From Mobula hypostoma (lineage: Eukaryota), in contig NC_086097.1 in the NCBI RefSeq assembly GCF_963921235.1, positions 216,382,001 through 216,446,000 on the forward strand: a stretch of 64,000 nt of DNA, read 5' to 3'. Positions 11,640 through 22,215 of this stretch are shown here, one piece after another (within the stretch, counting starts at the first letter, position 1; every line of letters begins with the position of its first letter). The position numbers were made by a program, and so were the translations under genes. The notes under the pieces were generated by a model. The model did no database searches, was not told the DNA's origin, and saw only the letters and a program-made list of their open reading frames with translations.

Positions 11640-12493
11640 AATATGAATAATCTCTTCTCAGGCTTCCAGCCAGTTATAGATATTGATTATAACCAACGTT
11701 TCAATGACAAACTCCGCCACCTTCATCAGGGATGATGCCCGGACATGTCTAGTCCCGTGGTATTTAAACCCCCGTTGTCCATCCCTCCTGATTGATTAGT
11801 CCTCATCCAAACAGATTTCCACTCTCCCATCTTGCTTACAATCCAATTTCAGTTCCTACTTAGAGTGAAACCTTCATCTTTGTCAAAATTCTTTTCCTCT
11901 AGCATTATTTCAATGGCTTCCTTTACTGGGTGGACCCAAAAGCCATTGGTGCGGTACAGTAGTTTTGTGTCACCGAAGCCATTGAGAATGCTGATTTCTC
12001 CGGGTACCCCAAATGGGTACATCTCCTGTGCTCCTTGATGCAGGTTTCCACCGTCCGCCCAGTCTGGCCGATACACGTTGCTCTTCATTCACAGAGAATC
12101 CTGCAAACGCCAGACACCCTGAGTCCCAGCTCACCTTTGACCCGCGTAAGCTGTGATTTGAGCTTCCTTATGAGTTTGCAGATGGTATTAATCCAGCATT
12201 TCTTCAGGATCCTGGTGACCTTTCCAAAAACAGTGGAAATAACGGGGAGATGAGTGGTAGCCACGGATTCCTTCTTGTTGTTAGGTTTCCTGGTTTTCTA
12301 AGGGCCTGATTGATTTCCTTCACTTTGTAGCCATAACAGCCACCATCATGTCTCCCAAAGTAGAGTGGTTCTTTCTACTTTGAATAACTGTGCGAGAACT
12401 GTTTCAGACCCAGAGAGTCTCCCTGGGAAATAAGACAATTATGTTCAACGTTCCTCAATGGCCTCAAGGTGAAGGAAATCAATCAGGCCCTTA
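11640..12493 (-). mobile_element. Third PLE family (Penelope/Poseidon-like): decayed RT end plus GIY-YIG, with 5' inversion
   Basis: Minus strand reads SGVCRILCE*RATCIGQTGRTVETCIKEH and KEAIEI..EKNFDKDEGFTLS. 12338-12493 carries the upstream RT end on the plus strand; 12299-12326 and 12466-12493 are inverted repeats. Confidence 0.8.
11690..11735 (-). ncRNA. Hammerhead motif with long stem II in the 3' region of the third PLE family
   Basis: Minus strand caucc CUGAUGA a-gguggcgga-g-uuugucauu GAA ac GUU gguua; stem I degraded. Confidence 0.6.
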
Positions 12494-13616
12494 ATACCTC
12501 AGAGATGTGCAGCAATTTTTTTTCAGCATCCTATTGCAAACAAGAAGTGAGTGAGAGGCATGGAATGATTGACAGGGACAGGGGTACGGAAGGGAGCCTC
12601 TGACAAAGCTTTCACCTGCCCATTCAGTGCATGGAAAGTTACCCTGTGTCTAATGGCTAAGTCTCCCCTATGTGAGTGTAGTGGATCAAGCTATGGTAGG
12701 GCTCATGAGGGCTTGTCAACCCAGTTTACATCAACAATGAGAATCTCTGATAAAGCAATCTGCTGAAGCCCAGAGTTTGCTCTGGGTGCTTTGATATGGT
12801 GACTCATTGTCCCATAGCATCATAACAAAGTAACACATTCAAAATGCTGGAGCACCTCAGATCCTTGGTCTCGGCTGGAAGCTCCGACTCTTTATTTCTC
12901 TCCATAGATGCTGCTTTACCTGTTGAGTCCCTCCGCATTTTGTGTGTGTTACTGTGGAATTTCAGCATTTGCGGAATCTCTTGTGTTTATGACTGTGCAT
13001 GACAAACAGACCTAGTTAGGTTTTCCTTTCTCTTTGAGGAGCCAACCAGCCAGTATTCTGGCCTTGATCAATATAATTTAATTATGTCTCTCCTAATGTG
13101 CATTTACGAAACCAAAACCAATGCGTGGTTACTGCTGGGTGATACCACTTTGCCACTATTGCAATATCTGTACAACTACTGAGACCATCACACGCAGGAG
13201 TCCATCCTAAACCCTCCATTTGAATTGCCTCATTACAGCTAAATTAAAACAGTTGGCTGCCCTAAAAAACCTAACTATTGTCCACGTGCTTTATGCGTTT
13301 GCGCCTCACACTCTCAGATCCAACAACAAGACTTTGAATTGATCCTGAGTCAAAGCCTTTAGGGTTGTGGAGACCTTCTCGGCCACTGTCAAAGTTTAGC
13401 CACCAGTTCAGCAAGCAGCAGGACTTTCTTCAGGCAGATAGACGCCAAAATCACCTCGAAGAAATCCTCCAAATTCACTGGAAGGATAAACAAACTAACA
13501 TCAGGATTATTTTCCAGATCAACATCCTGCTGTCAACACTGTCCGTTTAAATAGCATGCAGAAATTTTGTGGAGCTTTGAGCACCAATTTATGTTGGTAC
13601 AGGAAGAAACGTCTAT

Positions 13617-13920
13617 GGGGCAGCAAGGTAACATAGCAACTGGTACAATCCCCAGTGATCACTGACCAGAGTTCGATTCCCGCCTCTGTCTATAAGGAGC
13701 TTGTACATTCTTCCCGTGACAGCATAGGTTTCCTCCCACATTCCAAAGACAGATGGGTTAGGATTAGAAAGTTGAGGCATATACGTGGGCACCAGAAGGG
13801 TGACCACACCTGTGGGCTGCCCTCAGTGCAGTTCTCACCGGTTTGATTTGGCGCAAATGAACACGTTTTGCTGAATAGTTCAATGTTTCACTGTACATGT
13901 GATAATTAAAGCTAATCACT
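13617..13920 (+). mobile_element. tRNA-derived V-SINE-type element
   Basis: B-box-like gagttcgattccc, V-domain-like ggtttcctcccacattccaaagac, LINE-like 3' tail. Confidence 0.7.
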
Positions 13921-13934
13921 TCGGGGCGTGCACT

Positions 13935-14175
13935 GTGGGGGCATAGCGGTTAGTGTAATGCTTTTGAAACAACCTGGGTTCAATTCCACTGCTATCTGTA
14001 AGGATTTTTATATGTTCTCCCTATGTCTGCGTGGGTTTCCTCCAGGTGCTCCAGTTTCCTCCCATATTCCAAAACATACAGGTTAGTAGGTTAATTAGTC
14101 ACACAGGTGTAATTCGGAGGCACGGTCTTGTTGGGCCAGAAGAGCCTGTTAACATACTGTATCTCTAAATAAATG
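13935..14175 (+). mobile_element. tRNA-derived V-SINE-type element
   Basis: A-box-like tagcggttag, B-box gggttcaattcc, core tgttctccc.tgtctgcgtgggtttcctccaggtgctccagtttcctcccat. Confidence 0.8.
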
Positions 14176-14179
14176 AAAA

Positions 14180-14400
14180 GAACATAGAACAGTATAGACC
14201 CTTCAGCTCGCAATGTTGTGCCAACCTTTTAACCTACTCAAAGATCAACCTAACCTTTCTCTCCCCCATAGCCCCCCATTGTCCGTTTACTCATGTGCCT
14301 ATCTAAGAGACTCTTAAATGTCCCTAATGTATCTGCCTCCACCACCAGCACCCCTGGCTGTGTCACTGCCCTCTGCGAAACAATCCCACCACTGACTTCC
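14180..14400 (-). mobile_element. CR1 3' UTR remnant
   Basis: aacatagaacagta tail and 3' UTR motifs in reverse orientation. Confidence 0.55.
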
Positions 14401-15404
14401 TTCCATTATAGAAATACTGATGTCATTGGGTGTTTACCCAGTGCCAGGAAAATATCAAATGGAAGCCTTTAGCCCACTTTGTGATCTTTGTAATTTCACA
14501 CAGAAGTACTGCAAGAACAATTTACCTCAGACAAATTAAATTTTCCATCAGGTACCATTCAAACAAAGTGCACTGTAATCCATTTTCCATGACGTAGATT
14601 TTCTGTGAAGCAAACTTAAGCAGGCGTTAGCAGAAAAAAGGAACAACTTGCCAGGAGAAATCAAATTCGTAAGATATACAAATGGCAGACAATCCAGCAC
14701 TTCTGACTCTAGTTGTGTAGAGAAAAGCGTGAACTTTAACATGGGGCATGAATTTTACTAATACATCAAAATGAGTTTCATTACTAAATCAAATAGGTTT
14801 ACACTTGCACTTTACAGTTTTGATCGAGCTCACTCCACAGTCATACTCAGGCCTACATTCTCCTACAATTGTCAGTGATGGTCCACATTACCAAAGGATT
14901 CTTGCAAATTTAGTATTTAAGACAAATCCAGATAACAAACTTGTATGACATCACTATCAGCAAGATTGATTGGTTCCTCACCTGAATCACATGAACCACA
15001 TGTCCGAATGGCTGGCAGTAACACACTGACAGCCGTCTAGGTTTAACGTAATATGGATCATTAATTTTTGATAAGGCTGGTTATTTTGATATCAGAGGTT
15101 AGACCCGAGTGATGTAGGGCAAAGTTATTTCAGATACTGACATAATATATTCATCATTTCCAAATAAATTCATCATCATCTTTTAATATTACTTATCTCA
15201 ACAGGTTTTTAGATATTTACCACAGATTCTATAGAGCAATAAATTCTCGTCCTTTCAACTGCAGAGGAGTCACAGAGTAATCATGGAGTACTGAAGGAGC
15301 ACCTTTGGCCTATTCTGTGCTTTTCTGAGCAATGCAAAGCTTTACTGAGAAGTGCAGCAAGACTTGAGAGACTTCTGCTTAAGGATGCATAAACATATTA
15401 CAAA

Positions 15405-15985
15405 ATTCAAGATTCAAGAGTGTGTAATGTCATTTCCGGTACACAAGTGTAAAGGACAACAAAGTAATTGTTACTCCAGATCCGACGCATCACAAAAAAA
15501 ACACAGGAAGATAAAGAACATCATAATAAACAAAAAGCACAATAAATATAAATACATTCACCAACAAGAGAAAATCTGCAGATGCTGGAAATCCGAGCAA
15601 CACACACAAAATGCTGGAGGAACTCAGCAGGACAAGCAGCATCTATGGAAAAGAGTACAGTCAACGTTTCGGACCGAGACTCTTCAGCAGGACTGGAGAA
15701 AAAAAGATGAGTAAATTTAAAAGGTGGGAGGGAGGCAGAAACATACATAAGATAGCTTATATACATAGATTGATTGTATGTACATAAAGTTGCCCTAGAA
15801 GGTGACTCTGACAGGAAGTGATAAAGTTGTGGTGGTGGGGGTCATATTGGGGGTGTTAATGGGTAGAGGTGTTGATCAGCCTTACTGCTTGGAGAAAGTA
15901 ACTGCTTTTGAATCTGTGGGTCCTGACGTGGATGCTATGTAGCCTCCTCCCTGATGGGAATGGGACAAACAGTCCATGAGCAAGT
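15405..15985 (-). mobile_element. Rex/Babar LINE 3' end with a PLE tail (15560-15735) inserted
   Basis: ttcaagattcaag tail and LFVPFPSGRRL motif on the minus strand. The inserted PLE tail has a core-mutated hammerhead (CUGCUGA) at 15658-15695. Confidence 0.65.
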
Positions 15986-16929
15986 ATAATTTCACAGCTT
16001 CACAAATGTTAGAGCAGCAATGGATCAAACGATATTATTTTATACATTTGTAGCTGTTGCAGTGACTGGATTATTTTACTTAATAAACATAGAATCTTTA
16101 AAAAACAGTATTTTCTATAACATGGGCCTCTGATATCATCCACATTTTAGGATATCAGACAGGTAAAGAAACGTGGTTTTGTATTTGTTCTGATGAGTTA
16201 TGATAATATTCTTAATCAACATCATTCATGTACAGTACTTTTGAAGCGCACTTATACGATAAGCTCACATCAGCGACAAATACCACCGTGTAATCTACAC
16301 TTCGTCTAGGCAGCAAGAGATCTAATTAAAACCGATGTACCAATTTAGTCATCTCTTCATCACAGGTGGGCCTGAATTAATGGGAAAATGGAAGTAAATT
16401 ACCTACATTTGGCACATCCAGATCGGTGGCATAATCCTTCAGCAGCGACATGCGATAAACATGACAAGGTAACCTTCTTATTTTTTTTTCAAAAAGTGGT
16501 TCATTTTTAATTTAATTTCAATGTTACTGTGGGGCAAATCAGTAATATAGGAAAGGATCTACAAATCCCCACATTATCGCTCCACAGTCTTTAATTACAA
16601 GCAATGAAACTGTCTTCAGATTTTTCATAGTATGTTCATACATTGTCTTCTGGAGGAAAATATATAAATCAGACCAGTTAATCCAAGTTTAGAAGGTTAT
16701 TTACTGTCCTATCTTCTGATTAAACTGCAGCAGTCAAAGCATTATGTTAAACAGGCATCAGGTTAATCATTGCACTTTTTTGAACTATCTATCGTAGACT
16801 GAATCAAGGATGATACAACAGTCAATCCTAAAATTACTTAAGTATTTAAAAAGGTCTTTGTTCATGCTTTTTCAATGATGTACCCTCTTAATCAGATTTT
16901 AGTGTGGTTTGCTCTCTGCTCTGTCTTCT

Positions 16930-17395
16930 CTTTCAAAGTTCAAAGTAAATTTATTATCAAAGTACGTAGATGTCACCAAATACAACCCTGAGATTCATTT
17001 TCTTGCAGATATTCACAGTAGAACAAAGAAATACAATAGAATCACAGAAAAACTACACACAAAGTCTGACAAGTAATCAGTGTGCTAAAGAAGACAAATT
17101 ATGCAAATACTAGAAGAAAACAAATAATAAACAAACAAATAAATAAATACTGAGAATATGAGTTGTAGAGTCTTTGAAAGTGAGCCCATGGGTTGTGTTC
17201 AGGAATCACTTCAGTGTTGTATTGAGTGAACTGTCCATATTGGTTCAGGAGCCTGAAAGCTGAGGGGTAATGACTGTTCCTGAACCTGGCAGTGTGAGAC
17301 GTAAGGCTCCTGTACCTCCTTTCCAATCACAGCTGTGAGAACAGAGCATGGCCTTAATGGTGGGGGTCCTTGATTACGGATGCTCTTTGCAGATG
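16930..17395 (-). mobile_element. Rex/Babar LINE 3' end
   Basis: ORF 17099-17326 RRYRSL.SHTARFRNS.YPSA.RLLN; ttcaaagttcaaag tail. Confidence 0.75.
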
Positions 17396-17664
17396 TTGAC
17401 ATGAACCATGGACCCTTTGGCCTTCTCATGTTTTTTCCAAAATTGCTCTATTATTTATCAAGAGACAAACTTTCACTATGTGATATGAATCTGGAGGGTT
17501 TTCCTCTCCTCCTCATATAAAACGTTGTCCTGGGAAATTGGTAGAACCCTTAGTAAAAATATACAAGTGAAAACAACATTCAATGCCAGAAATCTATGCT
17601 AAGTCTTCACACTCTAGTGTACATCCACAATCTTGGAGCTATTGAAGATAAAAAGAATAGACAA

Positions 17665-18112
17665 CAGGCTGATCATCACACAAACAAATCTTCCGTCCGT
17701 GGACTCACTTTACACCGCACGCTGTCGGAGCAGTGCTGCCAGGATAATCAAGGACACAACCCACCCAGCCAACACACTTTTCGTCCCTCTTCCCTCTGGG
17801 AGAAGGCTCAGGAGCTTCAAGACTCATACAGCCAGATTTAGGAACAGCTTCTTTCCAACTGTGATAAGACTGCTGAACGGATCCTGACCCGGATCTGGGC
17901 CATACCCTCCAAATATCCGGACCAGCCTCTCGGTTTTTTTTTGCACTACCTTACTTTCTCTTTTCTATTTTCTATTTATGATATATAATTTAAATTTTTA
18001 ATATTGACTATCGATTTGTACTCCAGGGAACGTGAAGCATAGAATCAAATATCGCTGTGATGATTGTATGTTCTAGTATCAATTGTTTGGCGACAATAAA
18101 GTACAAAGTATA
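17665..18112 (+). mobile_element. Rex/Babar LINE 3' end
   Basis: ORF 17633-17887 LPSVDSLY..RC...AARIIKD.THPA..LF..LPSGRRLRS....TARFRNSFFP.VIRLLN; AATAAA and aaagta repeats. Confidence 0.85.
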
Positions 18113-18188
18113 AGAATAAGATGGAAGCAACACACATCAAAGTTGCTGGTGAACGCAGCAGGCCAGGCAGCATCTCTAGGAAGAGGTA

Positions 18189-18226
18189 CAGTCGATGTTT
18201 CAGGCCGAGACCCTTCGTCAGGACTA
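18189..18226 (-). ncRNA. Hammerhead motif (family A), helix III mutated to ACAU
   Basis: Minus strand uagucCUGACGAagggucucggccuGAAacAUCgacug. Confidence 0.65.
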
Positions 18227-18902
18227 ATTGAAGGAAGAGTTAGTAAGAGATTTGAAAGTGGGAGGGGGAGGGGGAGATACAAAATGATAGGAGAAGACAG
18301 TAGGGGGAGGGATGGAGCCAAGAGCTGGACAAGTGATTGGAAAAAGGGAAATGAGAGGATCATGGGACCGGAGGCCCAGGGAGAAGGAAAAAGGAGAGGG
18401 GCGGAAAAACCCAGAGGATGGGCAAAGAGAATGTGTGGCCACTCTTTTAATTCCACATCCCATTCCCATTCTGATATGTCTATCCACGGCCTCCTCTACT
18501 GTAAAGATGAAGCCACACTCAGGTTGGAGGAACAACACCTTATATTCCATCTGGGTAGCCTCCAACCTGATGGCATGAACATTAACTTCTCTAACTTCCG
18601 CTAATGCCCCACCTCCCCCTCGTACCCCATCCGTTATTTATTTATACACACACGTTCTTTTTCTCTCTCTCCTTTTTCTCCCTCTGTCCCTCTGACTATA
18701 CCCCTTGCCCATCCTCTGGGTTTCCCCCCCCGCCCCCTTGTCTTTCTTCCCGGACCTCCTGTCCCATGATCCTCTCATATTCCTTTTGCCAATCACCTGT
18801 CCAGCTCTTGACTCCATCCCTCCCCCTCCTGTCTTCTCCTATCATTTTGGATCTCCCCCTCCCCCTCCCACTTTCAAATTTCTTACTAACTCTTCCTTCA
18901 GT

Positions 18903-18940
18903 TAGTCCTGACGAAGGGTCTCGGCCTGAAACGTCGACTG
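18903..18940 (+). ncRNA. Minimal type I hammerhead ribozyme motif, apparently intact
   Basis: uaguc CUGACGA(18908-18914) agggucucggccu GAA ac GUC(18933-18935) gacug; identical to 11494-11531. Confidence 0.8.
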
Positions 18941-21364
18941 TACCTCTTCCTAGAGATGCTGCTGTGTTCACCAGCAACTTTGATGTGTGTTGCTAAAATT
19001 TCAAGCATAGGTTTTCATTGGAACAACTTTTCTTCTACTGTCTATTCTTTTCTACAGGTCCTGCAATTCCATTCTTTGGTCTGAGAACTCAGTTCTCACT
19101 CTTGTGTTTTAAAAGAAATAAAACATTACATTTCTTGTTTGTCTTTTTAATTTTTAAATCAATAGACATGGCAACACCAAATAGCGAAACAAATTCAAGT
19201 TGCTTTCACTTGGTGTTACTACTAGGAAACTGAGAGAGTATGCTCTTATCATTTGATTACTATTTCAATACTGTATATTATTGTTTCTATAGAGGACTGT
19301 GTAAGTGGTGAGGAGGCTTGTGAAATGGTTTAATGGTTGTGAAATTGTCAACTGTTTATTTCCCCTCCATTGATGCTGCCTGACCTGCTGAGTTTCTCCA
19401 GCGTTTTGTGTGTGCTACTCAAGATCTCCAGCAATTGCAGAATCTCCTCTGTCTATGGAATGGTTATCAGCTGTGTGGCAGGGTCTGTGCACTTTAGTGT
19501 GTTAAATGAATGTCTTTATTTGGAGTAATCTGTTCATGAGCTGGCAAACTGTGCCGATTTTCTGATCCCATTTACTTCAGACTACAAAATCTATTTCCTC
19601 CAGTGACAGCGTACAAAAAATTTGACACTAATTCTGTTTCAATCTGCAAAGGGATTTCTAATAAAGTGTTTATTATCAAACTCTTCATTCCGTTTTACCA
19701 TCTTTTATAGGGTAGCTTTCTGTCCGTCCCTACCATCAGGAACATTTTCCAGATCAACAGCCTGATGTCAACAGTATCCCTTTAAGTAGCAAGCAGAAAT
19801 TTGGTGGAGCTTCAAGCAACAATTTATGTTGGTACAGGACGAAAAGCGTGAATCGGAGTGAAGAGTGACAACAAAAGATAAGGAATAATTTGATGCAAAG
19901 AATAACTTGCTGCTCCTTCCAGTCAGGAAGGAAAATTGATAGCTTCCATGAAATGATTAAGGTAAAAACAAAATCCCATGGATTCTGGAAATTTGCAGTG
20001 AAAACAGGAATTGCTTATGATATTCAGCAAGTCAGGCAGTATTTGTACAGAAGGAAACAGAGTTATTGTTTCAGGGCAAAGGCCTCTCATCACATTCTCT
20101 CCTCATATTTCCAGCATCCAGTTTTTATTTACATATTATGGAAGATAAGGAGTAGTCTTTTGTAAAATAAAGAAAGGAATTGACCAGAGGGACAAAGGAT
20201 AGGTAGTTCTGTGGGGGTACCAGAAGTGAGGTAGAAATAATCTACAATTAAAACCAGACTGTTCAATGGCAATGTGTGGAAGCACTTTGTTCACATGAAA
20301 GGCAATGTAAATCTTTTCCCCAAAATGCTGTTGAGTTTAAGCTAATAGAAATTTCAAAACTGAAATTATTAGGTATTCTAGAGCAAGGATAGATGTCCAG
20401 ATAGTTAGATTCAGTTAAGATACAGATCAGCTTGACCCACCAGAACGATGGAGTAAGTTCTGGGGCGGAATGGCCTACCCATGGCCTTACATTTTTACAT
20501 TTTCATGCTCTATGCCTGCTTAGCTAGAGTTTTCTTCTGTTCATTGTGTTCCTCACAGAGATGCATAGCTTTGAATCTGACTTTGTGTCTGCTGCAGGTA
20601 ATCTTGGTAGATCAAGTTCTCCAATTTTTTTAATATCATTTGTTGGTTCTGTTTACTGAAAATGTTTATTGAACTGAGTTGTAAGATTACTCGGTAAAGT
20701 CCATCAGTATTTTATTTGTGTCAATTAACCATATTGCTTAATTTTAATTTGACTTTGCATTTAACTTAATTTTTATGAATACTTTGAGAAACTTTTTCAA
20801 GTGCTGTGTTCCAAAGAAAACCTTGAGTTCAAAGACAGCTCCATGACTTGTTGCTTCGTTGCATACAAATGCAAAGCTATACGAAGTACTCCATGTCATG
20901 TTGTCACATGCCAGAGCAATACCTTTGGTCATCTCGGCTGTATCAGCTTCACTGAATTTGTTTCTCACTCCCTTCTGCTGTCCTCAGAAAGTTGCCTTAT
21001 TTTCCTCTTTTCAGTGTATATTCAATTCAAGTTTATTGTTACCATCCCAGGCTTCATACTCTGAATCATAATAATATGCTGCATAAAAATGAATTTGCTT
21101 ATGTGCCTATTTCTCTTACCATTAATTTAAATTTGTGTCATTTCTTCAACTGCTTGTCAGTGCAAAATTTTCTCCAGTTTTGCTTTACAACAACCCCTAA
21201 TAATACTGAATATTCCTATTTCATCTCACCCTAACTTGTTCCAGCATGCGGGAACAAATTGTCTTTTCTAGCTCCTTGGCACAATCAAAGTAATTCATCC
21301 TTACCCTGTTTGAGAAAACACGAGATCTAATGCCTACATTTAGAAACTCCACTGGCAGTCCAAA

Positions 21365-22215
21365 TGATCAGAATCAGAATCAGGTTTATTATCACTGACA
21401 ACTTGTTGTTTTTGTGGCAACAATACAGTGCAAGACATTAGAAAAAAAACAGTAAGTTACCATTTCAAATAAAATAACTAAATAGTGCAAAAGATGAATA
21501 ATGAAGTAGTTTCATGGGTTTATGGACCATTCAGAAGTCTGATAGTGGAGGGGAAGTAGCTGTTCCTAAAATATTGAGTGTGATATTTGGGCTCATGTAC
21601 CTCCTCCCTAGTGATAGTAACGAGAAGAAGGCATGACTTGGAAGATGAGGGTGCTTATTGATGGGTGTCACTTTCTCAAGGCACGGCATTTTGAACATGT
21701 CCTTGATAGTGGGGAGAGCGGTTCCTGTAAGAGAGCTGCCAAAGTCTACAGCCTCCTGCAGCCTCTTTTGACTCTATGCATTGGGTTCTCCTCTGCTGCA
21801 ACCAGTCAGAACACTCTCCACTGTATATCTGTAGAAGTTTGCTAGCGTCTTCGGTGACATACCAAGTCTCCTCAAGCTCTGAATGAAGTATACCCACTGG
21901 TGTGCCTTCTTCATGATTGTCTCACTCACAACACGCTGGAGGAACTCAGCAGGTCGGGCAGCATCCGTGGAAACGCTGACTGATCGTTTCCATGGATGCT
22001 GCCCGACCTGCTGAGTTCCTCCAGTGTGTTGTGAGTGTTGCTTTGACCCCAGCATCTGCAGAGTATTTTGTGTTCATGATTGTATCAATGTGTTGGGCCC
22101 AGGGTAGATCTTCTGAGATGTTGACACCCAGGAATTTGAAGCTATTCACCCTTTCCACTACTGACCTCTCAATGAGTAACAGTGCCTGTTTTCCCAACTT
22201 CGCCTTCCTGAAGGC
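21365..22215 (-). mobile_element. Rex/Babar LINE 3' portion
   Basis: VERVNSFKFLGVNISEDL.W..HID.IMKKAHQ..YF..SLRRLGMS.KTLANFYR.TVESVLTGC across ORFs 21946-22218 and 21774-22055; (AATCAG)n tail. Confidence 0.85.
21921..22072. mobile_element. 152-bp PLE family B fold-back insertion
   Basis: 53-bp inverted repeat 21923-21975 / 21985-22037; 11-bp TSD ttcatgattgt at 21910-21920 / 22073-22083. Confidence 0.9.

Larger units (their letters stand above)
18126..18994 (+). mobile_element. PLE family A: inverted pseudo-LTR (18126-18425), then GIY-YIG end and pseudo-LTR
   Basis: 18432-18604 encodes ..EEQHLIFHLGSLQPDGMNINFSNFR*. The 5' block is the reverse complement of ~18704-18994. Confidence 0.9.

Noticed and set aside
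13617..14175. tRNA genes
   Set aside because: A/B-box-like motifs belong to SINE heads; no cloverleaf is supportable.
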